Assembly: GCA_951406725.2 (NCBI GenBank)
Contig: OX597815.1
Span: forward strand, 147,622,001-147,686,000
Direction of reading: 5' to 3'
Origin: Octopus vulgaris
Taxonomy: Eukaryota
Length of the DNA: 64,000 nucleotides
Under the pieces are notes generated by a model. That model was not told where the DNA came from, did not search any database, and saw nothing but the letters and a program-made list of their open reading frames with translations. Positions 13,216 through 27,783 of this stretch are shown here, in pieces. Position 1 is the first letter of the stretch. Each line of letters opens with the position of its first letter. Position numbers and translations under genes: made by a program.

Positions 13216-13220
13216 TGTAC

Positions 13221-13300
<80 letters not shown>

Positions 13301-13304
<4 letters not shown>

Positions 13305-13378
13305 TGGACAATTGTTTCGCTATTAATAAATTATGTAATTTTACTCACACAACACATCCATAGTTCATCAGCAGAATT
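13301..13378 (-). ncRNA. Type I hammerhead ribozyme motif
   Basis: Minus strand: AUUCUG CUGAUGA ACUAU-(36 nt)-AUAGC GAAAC AAUU GUC CAGAAU. Perfect stem I, palindromic loop III, A.C at the base of stem II. Confidence 0.8.
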
Positions 13379-13785
13379 TGTCTTGAATACAATTTACCAA
13401 ACCGCATGCTAGATTTTAACATAACGCTAAACACACATGCGGTTGAGTCGATTATACTCGCAGCTATGATTCAAATGCCCCCGCTATAGTGGTCACTCTC
13501 TTATATTTATGTATAAACTTTATTGTATCCCTGGTTTTTATTCACTAAGCCACTCGGTGTTAAATTGATGGTATTATTAAATTAATATCCAATTGTTTCA
13601 CCCTTATTTTTGATTGTAATTATACTGCAGTAAATTTTTTATGCAGTATCTGTTTCCATGAATTTTGGCGTGCTATATAGCGGGGGCATTTGAATCATAA
13701 CTGCGAGTATAATCGACTAAACCGCATGTGTGTTTAGCGTTATGTTAAAATCTAGCGTGCGTTTTGGTAAATTGTATTCAAGACA

Positions 13786-13864
13786 AATTCTGCTGATGAA
13801 CTATGGATATGTTGTGTGAGTAAAATTACATAATTTATTAATAGCGAAACAATTGTCCTGAATT
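13786..13864 (+). ncRNA. Type I hammerhead ribozyme motif
   Basis: AAUUCUG CUGAUGA ACUAU...AUAGC GAAAC AAUU GUC CUGAAUU; one U.U mismatch in stem I. Confidence 0.75.
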
Positions 13865-14842
13865 AATCTACATTTTTGTTATTTTTTATCTGCCCTGCTC
13901 GTTTACGCTGATAGTTGTGCTAATTTTCATCGGAAACAATTCTTCGTGGTTGAAACCATAGCGGATCTATTTTCAGTGCTAGAGTCGACCACATAGTGGT
14001 CACTCTCTTAGATTTATGTATAAACTTTATTGTATCCCTGGTTTTTATGTACTAAGCCACTTGGTCTTAAATTAATGGTATTATTAAATTAATATCCAAT
14101 TTTTTCACCCTTATATTTGAATATATATATACGTTGGATTTCCACAAAGTTTGCGTGTCCCATTTTTTTCTGAAACGTGTTTGTTTGACGCCGGGCTAAG
14201 TTTGAAGATACTTGCCCAAGGTACTCCACAGGGAGAATGAAACGAAAGCCACGTGACTGCAAAGACAGCTTCTTAGTACACAGTGATTCTGTGTCTATCA
14301 CAAAAACGTAGAAATTAAAAACAATATATCTCTGACCCAAACATATTTAGTTTTCACATAAACACTGCAATTTTCGCGGCGGGCGGGCATCTAAACATTA
14401 CCTATACACTAGATTGTTACTTCATTATATCGAAACCAAAGAGATGAAAGGAAGATGCAGCCTTCTAGGACTTAAAATGAGTTCCCGGATGAAACACCAC
14501 TAAGTGTTTTCTCTGATGTACTTACGATGTTGTCCGCTCGGCGCCTTTCGAGTGAGCTGGAGCTGGGCAATGGAACGAAGTAGTGTATATAATGACAGAT
14601 GTAATGAATTTCAACTAGTTTCTGCTTTCTGCTTCTTGAATTTGACAATCATAAGTAAATCGCTTTATGTCTCTTGGAATTATGATTATGAATTTATGAA
14701 TTGTGATTGGCATAGTGCATCTGTGAGGGGCAAGTATTAATCAGGTTCGAAATATAAAGCAAAACATTGAAGTAAACAATCATCACGAAGAAGACGAAGA
14801 AGAATAAGGAGGAGGAGGAAGATGGCGAGGGTGTGGGGAAGA

Positions 14843-14874
14843 TGATGAGGATGATGATGATGATGATGATGATG

Positions 14875-14914
<40 letters not shown>

Positions 14915-14927
14915 CAACAACAACAAC

Positions 14928-14977
<50 letters not shown>

Positions 14978-14986
14978 GAAGAAGAA

Positions 14987-15017
<31 letters not shown>

Positions 15018-15060
15018 AAGAAGAAGAAGAAGAAGAAGAAGAAGAAGAAGGAGGAGGAGG
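14843..15060. repeat. Compound trinucleotide microsatellite (GAT)n(AAT)n(AAC)n(AAT)n(AAG)n(GAG)n
   Basis: Direct observation. Confidence 0.95.
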
Positions 15061-15717
15061 GATCGCGGAAGGAGTAGGATAAAATGTTGATGTCCACTTT
15101 AGTTTTTATGTGAAAATAGCTCTATCTAGTGAAGCGTGGTGACCCAGTGCATTTTACAAAAATACCGTCACTACTAAGGTTTAACTAAGGGGCAGCATGC
15201 GAAACAGGAGATTAAATTGCATACATATCTCCATCTGATATGTGTTGCTTTGAACTACTAACAACTGATGGCATGATATTACGGCGTGTGTCAGCCCTTT
15301 TGAGAATTTCTCTGAATTTGACTACGCATTATATCTTTGCAAAAACGAGAGAAGAAAGAAAGAACAGCACGGAATGAGAAAACAAAACAAAGATAAAATA
15401 ACCGCCAGTGCAAGAGTGCTGCTTTCTGTATTGTAGTCAACGTTGATAAAAGACGAACTGCATGTCGTTGAGGTCAGAACAGAGAAATATTGACACAAAG
15501 AAGTAGAGCCGACTCTGTAATAATGCAATTTATTGCTTGCCTATATTTTCTTTAATCCTCTTTAAAAACTGTATAGAAAAGGCCCATCACTATTTCAAAG
15601 ATATTCGAGAATGAAGATAGTTTTGAATAATCTCAAAACGTATACTTAGTTTGAATGTTTCAAACACTCCATCTAACAGCAAATAACCAGGTGGTCGTGT
15701 GAATCATTTCGATGTAC

Positions 15718-16013
15718 GGCGCAGGAGTGGCTGTTCTGTGTTCTGTCCACTGCGTGGCACCTTGGACAAGTATCTTCTACTATAGCCTCGGGCCGACGAA
15801 CACCTTTTGAGTGGATTTTTTGAACGTAAACTGAAAGAAGCCCGTCGTATATATATACAATTTATTAATATTAGGGAAGTTATTTCCGAGTCCAGAGTGG
15901 AGAGAAATTCAATTTAGTGGTACTGAAATGAATTTCTGTCTGTATTATATACATACATGCATACAAACATATATACATACATACATACATACATACATAC
16001 ATACATACATACA

Positions 16014-16049
<36 letters not shown>

Positions 16050-16090
16050 TATATATATATATGTATATGTATATCTATCTATCTATCTAT

Positions 16091-16137
<47 letters not shown>

Positions 16138-16372
16138 GTATTTATATGTATGTATGTGTTTGTTGCTTGTGTCTGTGTTTGTCCCGCTACCATCGCTTGA
16201 CATACGATGTTGATGTGTTTACGTCCCCGTCACTTAGTGATTCGGGAATGAGACCAATAGAATAAGTACTAGGCTTACAGAGTATAAGTCCCGAAAGCGA
16301 TGTATTCGAGTAAATGTGGTGATCCAGCATGGCCGCTGTCAAATAACTAAAACAAGTAAAAGAATAAGAGAA
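15718..16372 (+). mobile_element. Family C SINE with an expanded, interrupted internal microsatellite
   Basis: ggcgcaggagtggctgt...ccttggacaagtatcttctactatagcctcgggccgac...gaagcccgtcg(ta)n; resumes gtgtttgtcccgc...ccagcatggccgctgtcaaataactaaaacaagtaaaaga. Confidence 0.8.
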
Positions 16373-17367
16373 TACTGAACTTTCTGCAATGAAATTGAAG
16401 GCATGGGTTTCGCGATCGATACTAATAGAGAAAAGTGGACGTTGACAAAGTAAGCGTATGCACATGTATATTCTATTGAATATATGCAAGAGAAGAAATA
16501 AATGTTGTTAAATAGGTAAACACTGAGGATATAAGAATTACATAAGTCGATGAAATGGGCTTCGAACCAGTTAGCGTAGCACCAAAAACGGCAGTCGTAT
16601 TGAAAAATAATAAAATCCGAATGGTGAATATCTTAAAAGTTCAATAACATCAAATCCACCAACAAAAGAGAAAAAAATATAATATAAAAACATGTCATGT
16701 GAATCTAGGGACTTGCTTTCTCTATTTTTATGGCGATTTAGATAAAAATAAATGTATTAAGCATTTGCCCTTTGGCTAATGGAAAAGAACATCCAATCCA
16801 TAACAGTGTGAACTTAGAAATGGAAGTTATTTCAGGAAACAATATTTATTTTGACGTAATACTTGTCTTGCTATTGATGATGACTTTTCGGGAATAATAA
16901 GATAAAGCAGGTGCGAAAACCATAAATTGTAAGTCACCTTTGTATAGATGTTGTCATGAAATACATACACTTTTGAAATGAATAATGAGTAGAGTAAGTG
17001 AGGACTGCTGTTTACAGTTGTTCTGCCTAGAAATATAACATATTATTAACAGTTAATTTATTTTTATTTGTGTATCATATTCCTGGATTAATAAAAAAAA
17101 TATCTTGATGGTGATCGATAAGAGCCACTTTGTTAAGATATTATCCACCTAGCGAGAAACTCATGAATTATATCTTCCAGAGTTACATTTTCGATAAATA
17201 CATGCAAATTTCACACCTCTGTATTATATTAAAATCGAAATCAAATAATTTGTTTTATCACATGTCTTCAATGTGTTTTAGCGATTTTAAATGTTCCATG
17301 GTTCCAGATATTTTGGAGAACAGTTTTCAACAAAGAGAATTCTGCAAAAATATTTTGCAAAGAATTG

Positions 17368-17585
17368 GAGCGGCGAGCTGGCATAATCGTTAGCGTGCCG
17401 GGAAAAATGCTTAGCAGCATTTCTTCCGACTTTCCTATCTGAGTTCAAATATCGCTTAGGTCGTCTTCGTCTTTCACCCTTTCGGGATCGATAAAATAAG
17501 TACCAGTTGAGAACTACGATCGATGAACTCGATTTACCTCTTCCCCAGATATTGCTGGCCTTGTGTCAAAATTTGAAATCAATAT
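17368..17585 (+). mobile_element. Family A SINE
   Basis: gcggcgagctggcataatcgttagcgtgccggg...gagttcaaat...ctttcaccctttcgggatcgataaaataagtacc. Confidence 0.85.
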
Positions 17586-18319
17586 TTTTCAAAGCAATTA
17601 CAAACAAAATGATACCGATGGTGACCTAGCTCTTGTTCGTAGCAGCTTGAACGACCGCATAGTCACTTTTTTGTTGGTTCTGTACAATTATGCTATATTT
17701 TATTCATCTCACTACTACCCCATAAAAAAACATCATTATAGTCGCTTCTAGACAAACCACATATTCCAAAGTCAACGACGGAGACTCTATGTAGTCGCTT
17801 TTTCTCAATCTCTCTCTCTCTTTGCTATTGTTTAATATTTTGGTACAGGAACAAGAAATTTGAGGACAAGATGTTTGACCATTACGTCGTATCAAATAAT
17901 TTATTGGTACTTTATACCAATAATTTATTGGTACAATAATTTATTGGTGCTTGTTCATACCCTGGGCCCTTCTCATGTGCCAACTGCTAATTCTAGTCTG
18001 GGTGGGAACTAAACATCGCAGTAAGAACAACACAAACAGTGGCAGCAGATTAAAATGAAACAAACAAGTATTGTGAATAAGTGGTAGAAGGAAGTATATT
18101 TGCCTGGCAAGTGATTTAATATGAGACCATGTATAGAGGCTAAAATAATAGCAACCTGGAAAACACACATTAGCTATTCAGAAACACACAAAAGCTATTA
18201 ACATCAGCTATACATTTTCATCGCTCGAAACTGCTGCTCGAAACTGACAAGCTAGGTCCACTACATGTAACCATTGTCATAAAACTTTCAGAGATCTTTG
18301 GCCACGTGACTGACACGAA

Positions 18320-18550
18320 CTCATTAGATTTAGGGATCGATATGGTATCGGGCAAGGATACTGGATTATTTTCCGTTCTTTTTTTTATTTAATTTGTGAG
18401 AGCAGTCGGATTCATTTTTACTATTCTCGTTTGTGAGAGCAATCGAGTTTATTTCAGAAATTCTCACTTTAAAAATCACACCGAGCTAGCCGTTTAGAGG
18501 GCATTAGTGTTGCCTTGGCGGAGGTTTGCGCTCTTTGAGTGCTCTTGTTA
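18320..18550 (+). mobile_element. Possible non-autonomous Helentron/Helitron-associated element 3' end
   Basis: Ends in ccttggcggaggtttgcgctctttgagtgctctt, recalled as the subterminal motif plus hairpin of such elements; internal duplication tttgtgagagca. Confidence 0.4.
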
Positions 18551-19899
18551 ATGTTGTGATTGTTCGTATTGATGTTGCCTATAACGCATGCTTTTTTTTT
18601 ACGTTAGACTACGAATTGAGGCAATAGTCACGGCCATCTCTAAGAAATCGAGGAAGGAACGACAGTTTTTTGTTTACTCTTTGAATATTCCAGGCATAAG
18701 CGTTAAAGGACGTTGAATAACAAGTTTCCAAATTCTTTCCTCCTCAAATTACACGAATATATTGTAGACTGTAACAATTATTTCTGTAAAACAGAGTCAT
18801 TCCTCTCAAAATGGTTTTAACTAAACATTACATAGTGTTGTAAATATTATATTTAATATTTTAAACATTTTATAATTTAACTAGCGCAATTAATTATCAT
18901 TTCGATCCATTTTTTCCTGTACATTTGTAGATTTTAAAACCTTCTTTGGATGTTTTGTTTCTTTGTTTGGCCTTTTCTTTCTTTCTCTTCCCACGCATGT
19001 ATTGCTCTTACATGCACTGTAAACAGTTCATGGACGCATTATTTTTCTGTTGTAAAAATTAACAAATGCTTTCAGAATTAACTTTTCTGGCATTTAGATT
19101 AGAAAGGTTTGACAGGTGAAATATTAATCTATTTAATAAAAACATATAGCACAATTAATTAACAGAATCCCATACGAAAATCCTCATGGAGCTGAATTAA
19201 GGAATAGAAATGTACTTCCAGGGCACTGAGCGTGTGTTAAATGTTCAATATAACTTTGACAATCATCCAGTGTTATTAAATATCAAAGTAGAGCGGAAGA
19301 AATATTTAGAACGACAAATATATCTTATTTAAACAACCATTGTATGGTCTAAAAGATAAAATACCAGACTGCTTCATATATACGAAAAATATTTTATGTT
19401 ACAGAATGATGATGACTTCGTAGAAATGTTGAATCGCTGGGAAATATGTCTTGCGATATTTCTTCTCAGTACGCTTCAAGTTCAAAACCTAAAGCGGTCA
19501 ATCCTGCCATTCAACTCTGTGACTAGAAAATATTCAAGCTTAAGAGTTGATATACTTCACAGATTCCCTAGACTTCCCTAGACTTCTTGAATTTGTGTTT
19601 CAAAACTCTGTTACATATTTCATAGAATAATGCGATATTTTAGCCTTAGGATATATTTAAGCGTACACCAAGAGATACACTCCATGGCTACATCATCAGT
19701 GTTATATTCTAGGATAACGGGAATTTATGCCTCCCATAGCTTTCGACCTCATTCATGGAACTGGCGTCAATTAATCAAGAATAGAGTCACATCTAAATGA
19801 CAGAGTAGTGTTTCCATCCACTTGCTCTTTTACCAGGAATACCCTGTGTGGTTTCCCATGGTTTTAAAGTATTTTTCCATAGTTCTTTTGCCATTTCCT

Positions 19900-20230
19900 T
19901 TCATGTCAAAGGTTACATATGTCATTACTTAAAGTACGATTAGTGAAAATTTGAGTGCAAAACTTGACAAGCAAACACAATATTCTTCATCAATCTTGGT
20001 CTGAATTCTAAAGTAGGTTCTGATAATTACTCTCTCTCTCTCTCAAGGTATGCTTAACTGTCAATGGAGTAGCTTGTCTTGACTTCGAAACCAGGATGAT
20101 ATCTGATCTTAACATTGCCAAGATGATATCTGCTGGGCTTTTAGTAGCTTCATCAGATCAGGTATATTTGGAGATATAATTTCCTCAAGATCAAATTCCC
20201 TTTTTGCAATTCTCACGTTCGATTATATCA
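19900..20230 (-). mobile_element. Possible HERO-like restriction-like-endonuclease remnant
   Basis: Minus strand fragments EFDLEEIISPNIP and RSDIILVSKSRQATPLTV resemble RPDIVLVS...ELTVP; heavily decayed. Confidence 0.35.
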
Positions 20231-20639
20231 AGTGTTGTGATATTTTGCTTATGTAACCAAAGTAAAAGTTTAGTATAACTTTACAAGATAGCACTGTTCC
20301 AACCATCATTTTATGCATTTTCATACATAACGTCATGTTTGCCCAACACGACAGTAAAAATATTATTCCGCTTAACGTGTTCTATTTCTGCCTTCCCGAA
20401 ATATAAAACTTGTCAAAATGATATTTTACTGATATTTAAATACATCAAAGACACAGAATTTTGTCATTTTATCTGAAAGATAGTATATCTCCATATATAT
20501 ACGTTTATAAGCACAAAGACACAAACATAAACATACGCTACACACACACATACACACACTCACACACATATAAATAAATACATACATACATATGTATACA
20601 TATGTATATATATGTACATATATATATAGAGAGAGATAT

Positions 20640-20678
<39 letters not shown>

Positions 20679-21114
20679 CCATATACATATATATAAATAT
20701 GATATACATATATATACATATACATGTATGTATGTAGGTAGGTAGGTATATATATATATATATTTATATATATATGTATGTGTATATATATATATATATA
20801 TGGATAAATGTGTATGTATATATACATATATATGTACATACATACACACATTCGCATCAAGGGAATTAAGCAGGTTTGGTGGTGGTTGGAGTCTGTATAT
20901 AATGTATATGTTGCTATAAATGTAAATTTATTCTATTTTTCGCATGCAGTTCTGAGTGGAAAATTCCGATATCGAAAAAATTGCACTGACGCAAAACATA
21001 CCTACAGAAATAAAACACGAATTTCAAAACTACATGCGCGTATATACGTACACACATATATACAATTAGAGACTCAAATACACTCAAATATATATATATA
21101 TATACGTATATATG

Positions 21115-21176
<62 letters not shown>

Positions 21177-23651
21177 TGTGTGTGCGTGTTTGTCACCGTA
21201 CATATATATATATATATAGATAGATAGATATATAGATACATAGATATATAATCATACTATATATGTGTATCTCTGTTAGGATATGTAATATATACATAAG
21301 TAGCTACATACATATACATGCAAACACAAACACACGCACATATATAGGTGCTTATATATACATGCATTTCTACATATGATTGCATTGATAATTATACGTA
21401 CGCTTAGACATGCAAAAACACGTATATATATATATATATATATATATACACCCACACAGACATATAGACATATGCGTCTATTCTGCTGCGTACACGCATG
21501 TCTGCTTGCTTTGCATGTTGTATGACAGCATGTTATTTAGAGAGAAATAGCGACACAATGAGGCACCGAGATATAACATTCTTTTGAAATATATAAAACC
21601 AACAGTAAAAAAAAAAATAAATCAAGCAAAATAAAATATAAAGTGAATACATTTGACATGACTAAAATTTATTCTTTGAAGAAATATCTCTTTTTTGGCT
21701 AACACAGTTTTAATAACTCGTATTTCATAAAAAAAATCCATTTTCACCGTATTTTGTAGCCTATGACTACGTTCTCGATATATATCTAACGTACGTATAG
21801 TGCTGTGTGATAAGAGTAGCATCAATGTATGTTTTAAACATTTTTACGGTGACACTATTTTGCCTAATGTAGCGACTCCTTACATATTTTATTTAAAATC
21901 TCACATATATTCTTGACTGAACTGAAAATATCCGGCATTTTTATAGAACATAAATGGTGATCTTTATTTTCGTTATGAAATCGAAATGCGTATCGGCAAA
22001 AGAGAGCACACTATTGACAAATGGTCTTATTTCAATTTTGATGCTTAACATGAATAGTTAAACAGATGATTGAGACATACATAATTGTTTTGGTAACGTT
22101 GTTTTGTTTAACTTCAACAAAATCTTCTACGAGGAAACCAATCATCAAAGGGTAAAGCAACCACCTATGACCATTTGAATGACCATATAATTCTCCAACT
22201 ATTGCGCGTATAGATTTTCTTAATCCACTTCATTAGCAGAGATAATACATTCGAAGTCTACATGTATTACTGAATGAACTTTTGTCTGAGTAACTGCTGC
22301 TTACATTCACCGAAAAACTGTAATTCGATTCAATATTTCCTTAGTGATGTCTTTACCTGGCCACAACAATACAGCTCAGGATGCACGGATATTTTCCATC
22401 CTAGTTTGTAGAATTTTCTTTATAATTCTCGTAACAAAATATCACAGCGATGTATTTCAGAAAAGCGCTTACATATGGTTCTAAACCACAATGTTTTGCT
22501 TTTGTATACGTGGAATCTGTAGGCATACAAACCTGTCCCGTTTAACAGTATCATCGAGCACATAAAAAAGAGGGTGCATTTAGCAGAGTTTGCTTTGTGC
22601 CAAGCATTAATATCAAGCCTCTTCTATTAATCTACTTCTGCATAATTACTCTCTGTGATTCTCGTGTCCACTTCTGTGGTCAATTTCACCTCCACTTTTC
22701 AAACAAGCAATATCTTCCCCCCAAATAAGTCTGCATTCACCACTCATTATTCTCACACAAATTACATACCCTATTTTATTATTAAATGCAAATTTCTCAA
22801 CTCTAGCCGCCATCTATCTCCCTTGTCTAAGATACAGTCTCTTACTCAAACGTTTCTGTTTAGTTCGGTGTGTTTGCATACGTAGACTCCAGTATCCCTG
22901 TTTCTTAACTCACGTCATCTTCATCAATAACGTCTCACAGCTTCTCTGGTTTAAACTTTTCGTCTTTCAATCCTCCATCAACTGTCTAACGCTCAACTAA
23001 ATCCCTACGACGATAGAAAATTTTAACTGTATCTCCTCCTGTATTTAGAACATCTACCACTCGACGTCCTTCAACAAAACACCCCCCTTTTGATCACAAT
23101 TCCTCGTTTTTCTATTATCAGCCCACTCTGACTTTCCATATTGTGAATATGTTCTACAGACGTGTTTTATACCCTAGACACCTTCTAAACCACCCTGGGA
23201 ACACAGGATGCTTGCTTTGTTTTTACTCACGACAAAAATAACCTATACCACACTGTACTGTCTCTGTATCTCCTCAGTTGGATCATATCACCATTGCCTC
23301 CTCACAACTGCTCAACATATCACATACAACATAACATCAATTTTTCCCTCAGATTCAATGGTGATGATGTCAGTCTACTGATAGTAGCCTCAGTACTTGG
23401 ATGCCACTTATCCCTGAAAGACAATGTGCTCACACCTGACCCCCCAGATGTGCAAATGAAACCATATCTTAATACATGCCTCTTCACGTTCAGCACTCAA
23501 GAAAAATCTAATGAGCCAAGTCCACCAAATGTTTACCCATAGATATGTTGCGGGAGCACAAGCAAAAAACGCAAGGTCTGCAAAACATGGAAAATATCAA
23601 ACACTCTACCAAAATTTTTAAGTGAAACCAGTAGAGCAACTCGATATATAT

Positions 23652-23762
23652 TCCGCCGAGGTCGACTTTGCCTTTCATCCTTTCGGGGTCGATAAATTAA
23701 GTACCAGTACTAATCTACTGGCCCTCTCCCCCAAATTTCGTGCCTTGTACCTAGAGTAGGAA
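23652..23762 (+). mobile_element. Family A SINE, 5'-truncated
   Basis: ttccgccgaggtcgactttgcctttcatcctttcggggtcgataaattaagtaccagt matches the 516-745 copy exactly. Confidence 0.85.
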
Positions 23763-24373
23763 AATATCTTATGATGGCATGAGTGCGTTTGTCTCCACTG
23801 CCTTTTTACTCCACTAGCCCACATGTACAATCTTTATTCTCCCCAAAATGACGCCTCGGTGGTTCCAGTTTTGATCGGATCTTATCAGGTGCTTATCTGT
23901 GTAAAATTAAATGACACCTCGACAATTTAAATCCCTCTGACCTTCAAGTGATTGCAAGCAGTATGAGATCTACTGATTCCTCTACAATCATCAATTAAAA
24001 TCAATATCATTTCAACAGTGATACGTTGCTTTCAATGCCAGGTGTAATTTACTCCCCTAACATTTACAATAATATTATGAGCACCAGTAAAGAAACGATG
24101 AATGTATTTTGGCTTTCATCGGTAGGTTCAGTTCCTCTGGCAGGAACATACTGCTCCATAATACATAAAAACTATCTGCACAGATAGCATTTATTTATGA
24201 CACGTAATGCCGCAGAGAATGTAGGTAAGAAATGGCAGAAGGATCCTTGCAATTGTATAAAAGGATTGCCTAAATTTGCTTTTAATCTGCCGATATAAGA
24301 GAGTGAATATTTAATGTATGTCATGTCAAGCTTATCATTAGTTTAATTGTATACTTACAGAAAAAAGCCTATC

Positions 24374-24458
<85 letters not shown>

Positions 24459-24504
24459 CCTTTCTATCTATCTGCCATAAAGGAAAACGTATGTTAAGTG
24501 ACGA

Positions 24505-24549
<45 letters not shown>

Positions 24550-24730
24550 TACATATATACATATATACATATATACATATATATATACAGAGAGAGAGAG
24601 AGAGTGAGTGAGATAGATATACACATACATTTCTATATAACCACACACACATGCACAAACTCACACGCACACATGCACACATACATGCAATCACACACGT
24701 GCACACGCACACACACACACACACACACAC
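24374..24730. repeat. (TCTA)n, (TA)n, (GA)n, (CA)n microsatellite cluster
   Basis: Direct observation. Confidence 0.9.
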
Positions 24731-25404
24731 ATGGTCGATTGAATCGAACTAGGCCTTGTAATTACTTTATCTACCCCGATAAATTGAAAGGCAAAAACTA
24801 CCCAACTGAAGATGAAAGCAAACAGCATAGAACACTTAGGTTCACACTCGAAAGGATTTTTCGGCCATAAAATTGCTTTAACAATCAAATAAGATCGTAG
24901 ATTTGACTTTTCCCTTATGTCAACGGAAATTGTTTTCTATTATCCAATGAATATTACCCTTTATATTGATCTGTGAAGTAAAACCCTCATACATATATTA
25001 GCCGATACACTCTCGCTCTCCTATATACATTATTCATATTATAAACATGTTTGTTTTGTAGTAGTTCTTGAGACAGCGAAAAGCACATCGTGATTTATTA
25101 CTTTTGAAGGGCTGACATTGCAGAAATTGTTCTTTTTTATGCGCATAGACAGCATTGCTTGTGTTGTATCGAGTATAGCTGCTGTTGTTGCAATTTGTAT
25201 ATCGGGGACATGTTTTACTACCGACTTCGTTAGTCTTTTGAAGAATGTACGAGGAGATATAACGGTAGTCGTTATTATTAAGTCGTCTTCATCGCCTACT
25301 GTTCTGTACATTTTAATCATTATCTTCGTCGCCGTAGTTGCCATCAGCATCTTCATCATCATCTTTATCCTCCTCTTGCTTCTCTTCCTATAAAAACACC
25401 AAGA

Positions 25405-25430
25405 GCAACAACAACAACAACTACTACCAT

Positions 25431-25502
<72 letters not shown>
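25405..25502. repeat. (AAC)n(TAC)n microsatellite
   Basis: Direct observation. Confidence 0.95.
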
Positions 25503-25599
25503 CAACATCAACGTCATAATTTTCTTTCTCCTTGTCCCATTCTCCTTCCTCTCGTCCTCCTCCTCCCCATCGTTATAGACTTCCTCGTTTTATATCCTC

Positions 25600-25748
25600 T
25601 CTACTCTAGGCACAAGGCGTGAAATGTGGGTGGGGAGGTAGCTAGTTGGTTACATTGACCCTAGTGCTCAACTTGCACTTATTTCATCGACCCCCGATAG
25701 GAAGAAAGTAAAAGCCGACCTCAGTGGAATTTGAAATCAGAACGTAAA
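25600..25748 (-). mobile_element. Family A SINE, 3' part
   Basis: tctactctaggcacaagg...tcgacccccgataggaagaaagtaaaagccgacctcagtggaatttgaa. Confidence 0.7.
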
Positions 25749-27721
25749 CACGAGCGTATTATTTGGTGTGATGAAATTTCTGCTCAGCATGAATATCTGT
25801 CTCGTATCCTCGTAAAATTTATCAATTTCATATAATTGCATTTTATTAGATTTCTTATTTTTGTCGCGGCTTAAACACATTAGAGAATTCCGCAAAGTAA
25901 AGAATCTAAACGAGAAGAACCAGAAAAGTGATAAAGAAAATTCCTCTCGGCATTGATTAACACTTCTGTACGTTCCTGATTTCAAAATCCGTTAAAGTCA
26001 ATATTCCATTTTATCATTAACGGGATCGATACACACTGGAACCATAAAGCAACAGCGTGAAAATAAATACACAAAATAAGACGTGAATAACCAGGATCCC
26101 TAATGTGTGTCTGTTAGAGGAATCAATAATTTAAAGCGTTTTCCTTCTTCCAATATTAATGTTCCGAATTCAACACCTACTGTGAATGATTTTATCCATT
26201 ATTTGACTCAGCCGTCAATAAATTAAATGTTTGAAATATACTGAGATTAATTCGTTTGATTATCTAAATACAATATATGAAATAAATTGGCACCACACAA
26301 CAAATCTCTATAAAGTCAGTTTAATTTTGTTGCTTTAGCAAAGGTGGTGAATTGGCCAAAGCGCTACAGCATCAGATTGAATGAGTTGCCGTAGACTTCA
26401 GTGGATTATTTTCTTTCTGTGTTCAAATTCCATCCAATTTAAAATTTACATCTAATTGTCCTTGAGGAGTCGCTGAATAAACTGCCAGTCTAAGACTGTT
26501 TCGTCTCTCTGGACTGTGTCTTGGCGTGAATGCTTGAACCTTGTTATTTGCCTTCATAAGGATTTGATATGAGGAACGGGGACATTACTTTCATTCACGA
26601 TAACAGACGATCTAACGCATAAATGCTGATCGTCAAGACCGATGGAGATTTTACGTGATGTTATTAAAATTCTGATTATCAATGTTCATTATCAATCACC
26701 TCATTGTCCGAGATGTTCTTTTGCTTGCTGGATTTAAAAGAAGTTGACTTCTGTTTCTACCAAACCAATTTACCACTCTAACGCTTTGTCTTTGGTTTGC
26801 AGTCATTAGTATTGCTTTTACCTGTGGTATGGCAGACGTGGAACATGTCAAATGCCAACTATGTCAGTTTATATTTTAGGAATCTGAAATCGATCAACTG
26901 AATTACAGAAAAATTCTGACATCCATTAATGGCATTTGTCGTATGATGCTATCCTTATGAATCAAGGTTTGGATTCCTGACCCGGGAGGTGCTTTACGTT
27001 CTGAGGCAAAGCATAGTATTTCACCTTACTGCAATTCACAGCTATTCATGGAATAGCTGTGCAGTTAAATCTGAAAATGACCGTAATCCCTTTCTGTGGG
27101 GAGTGATTTACTCTCATTCACTTAAACGCCCTGCAAACAGATTTATGTTCCGATCTTAATAATCTTAGAGTTCCTAACAGGCCTAAGTTTATGTCCTAGT
27201 TTATCATACACCTGGATTCATTTATACAGTATACCCGACTTGTTATAAGTAGCACGTTGGCATGTACTGGCACTGTTACAACCCAGTACACCATATCGCT
27301 AAAAACAAATCTTATATAAACTCGTCCTACATTCATACGTTATAAATATGATGTTGATACCTGCAACAGTGGTATGTATAGGCTTCAATATTGGTTACAA
27401 TTACGCCAGAATTTCAATGAGTTACATTTGGGACGACTGATTACATAATGTGATGGGCGGGAAAAGTTACTGAAACAAATCGAATCGTTATACTGAAACA
27501 AATCGAATCGTTATCGTGAGTTTCAGTCTGCGGATCGCGGCCAAACTGCAGCACAACCGAAATATTAAATTACATTGACGTAAACAAACCACTGTCGCTT
27601 TTTAAATAGTGGAGGGACAAACACTGCATCTATCCATCAATCTATCTATCTATCAATATATATATATATATATTGTCTCTAGTTTCAGCTCAAATCTGCG
27701 GCCATGCTGATGTACCACCGT

Positions 27722-27783
<62 letters not shown>

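Larger units (their letters stand above)
13301..14118 (+). mobile_element. Non-coding HHR element: inverted 5' arm + 507 bp unit + about 125 bp terminal direct repeat
   Basis: 13301-13489 is the reverse complement of 13676-13862. 13486-13610 is repeated directly at 13993-14118. TA tracts on both sides. Confidence 0.85.

Noticed and set aside
14783-15097. Homopolymeric ORFs here and at 28097-28594, and the many YIYI/THTH/CVCV ORFs
   Set aside because: Translations of microsatellites that lack stops in some frames.
22640-23560. Penelope GIY-YIG coding remnant
   Set aside because: The pyrimidine-rich composition is suggestive, but no GIY-YIG or RT motif could be read.
25039-25393. Host exon (overlapping 107 aa and 91 aa ORFs)
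   Set aside because: Low-complexity trinucleotide-derived sequence; no domain and no clear splice signals.
27469-27514. Short tandem duplications (23 bp x2 here; also about 17895-17950 and 50560-50596)
   Set aside because: Ordinary slippage duplications with no further structure.
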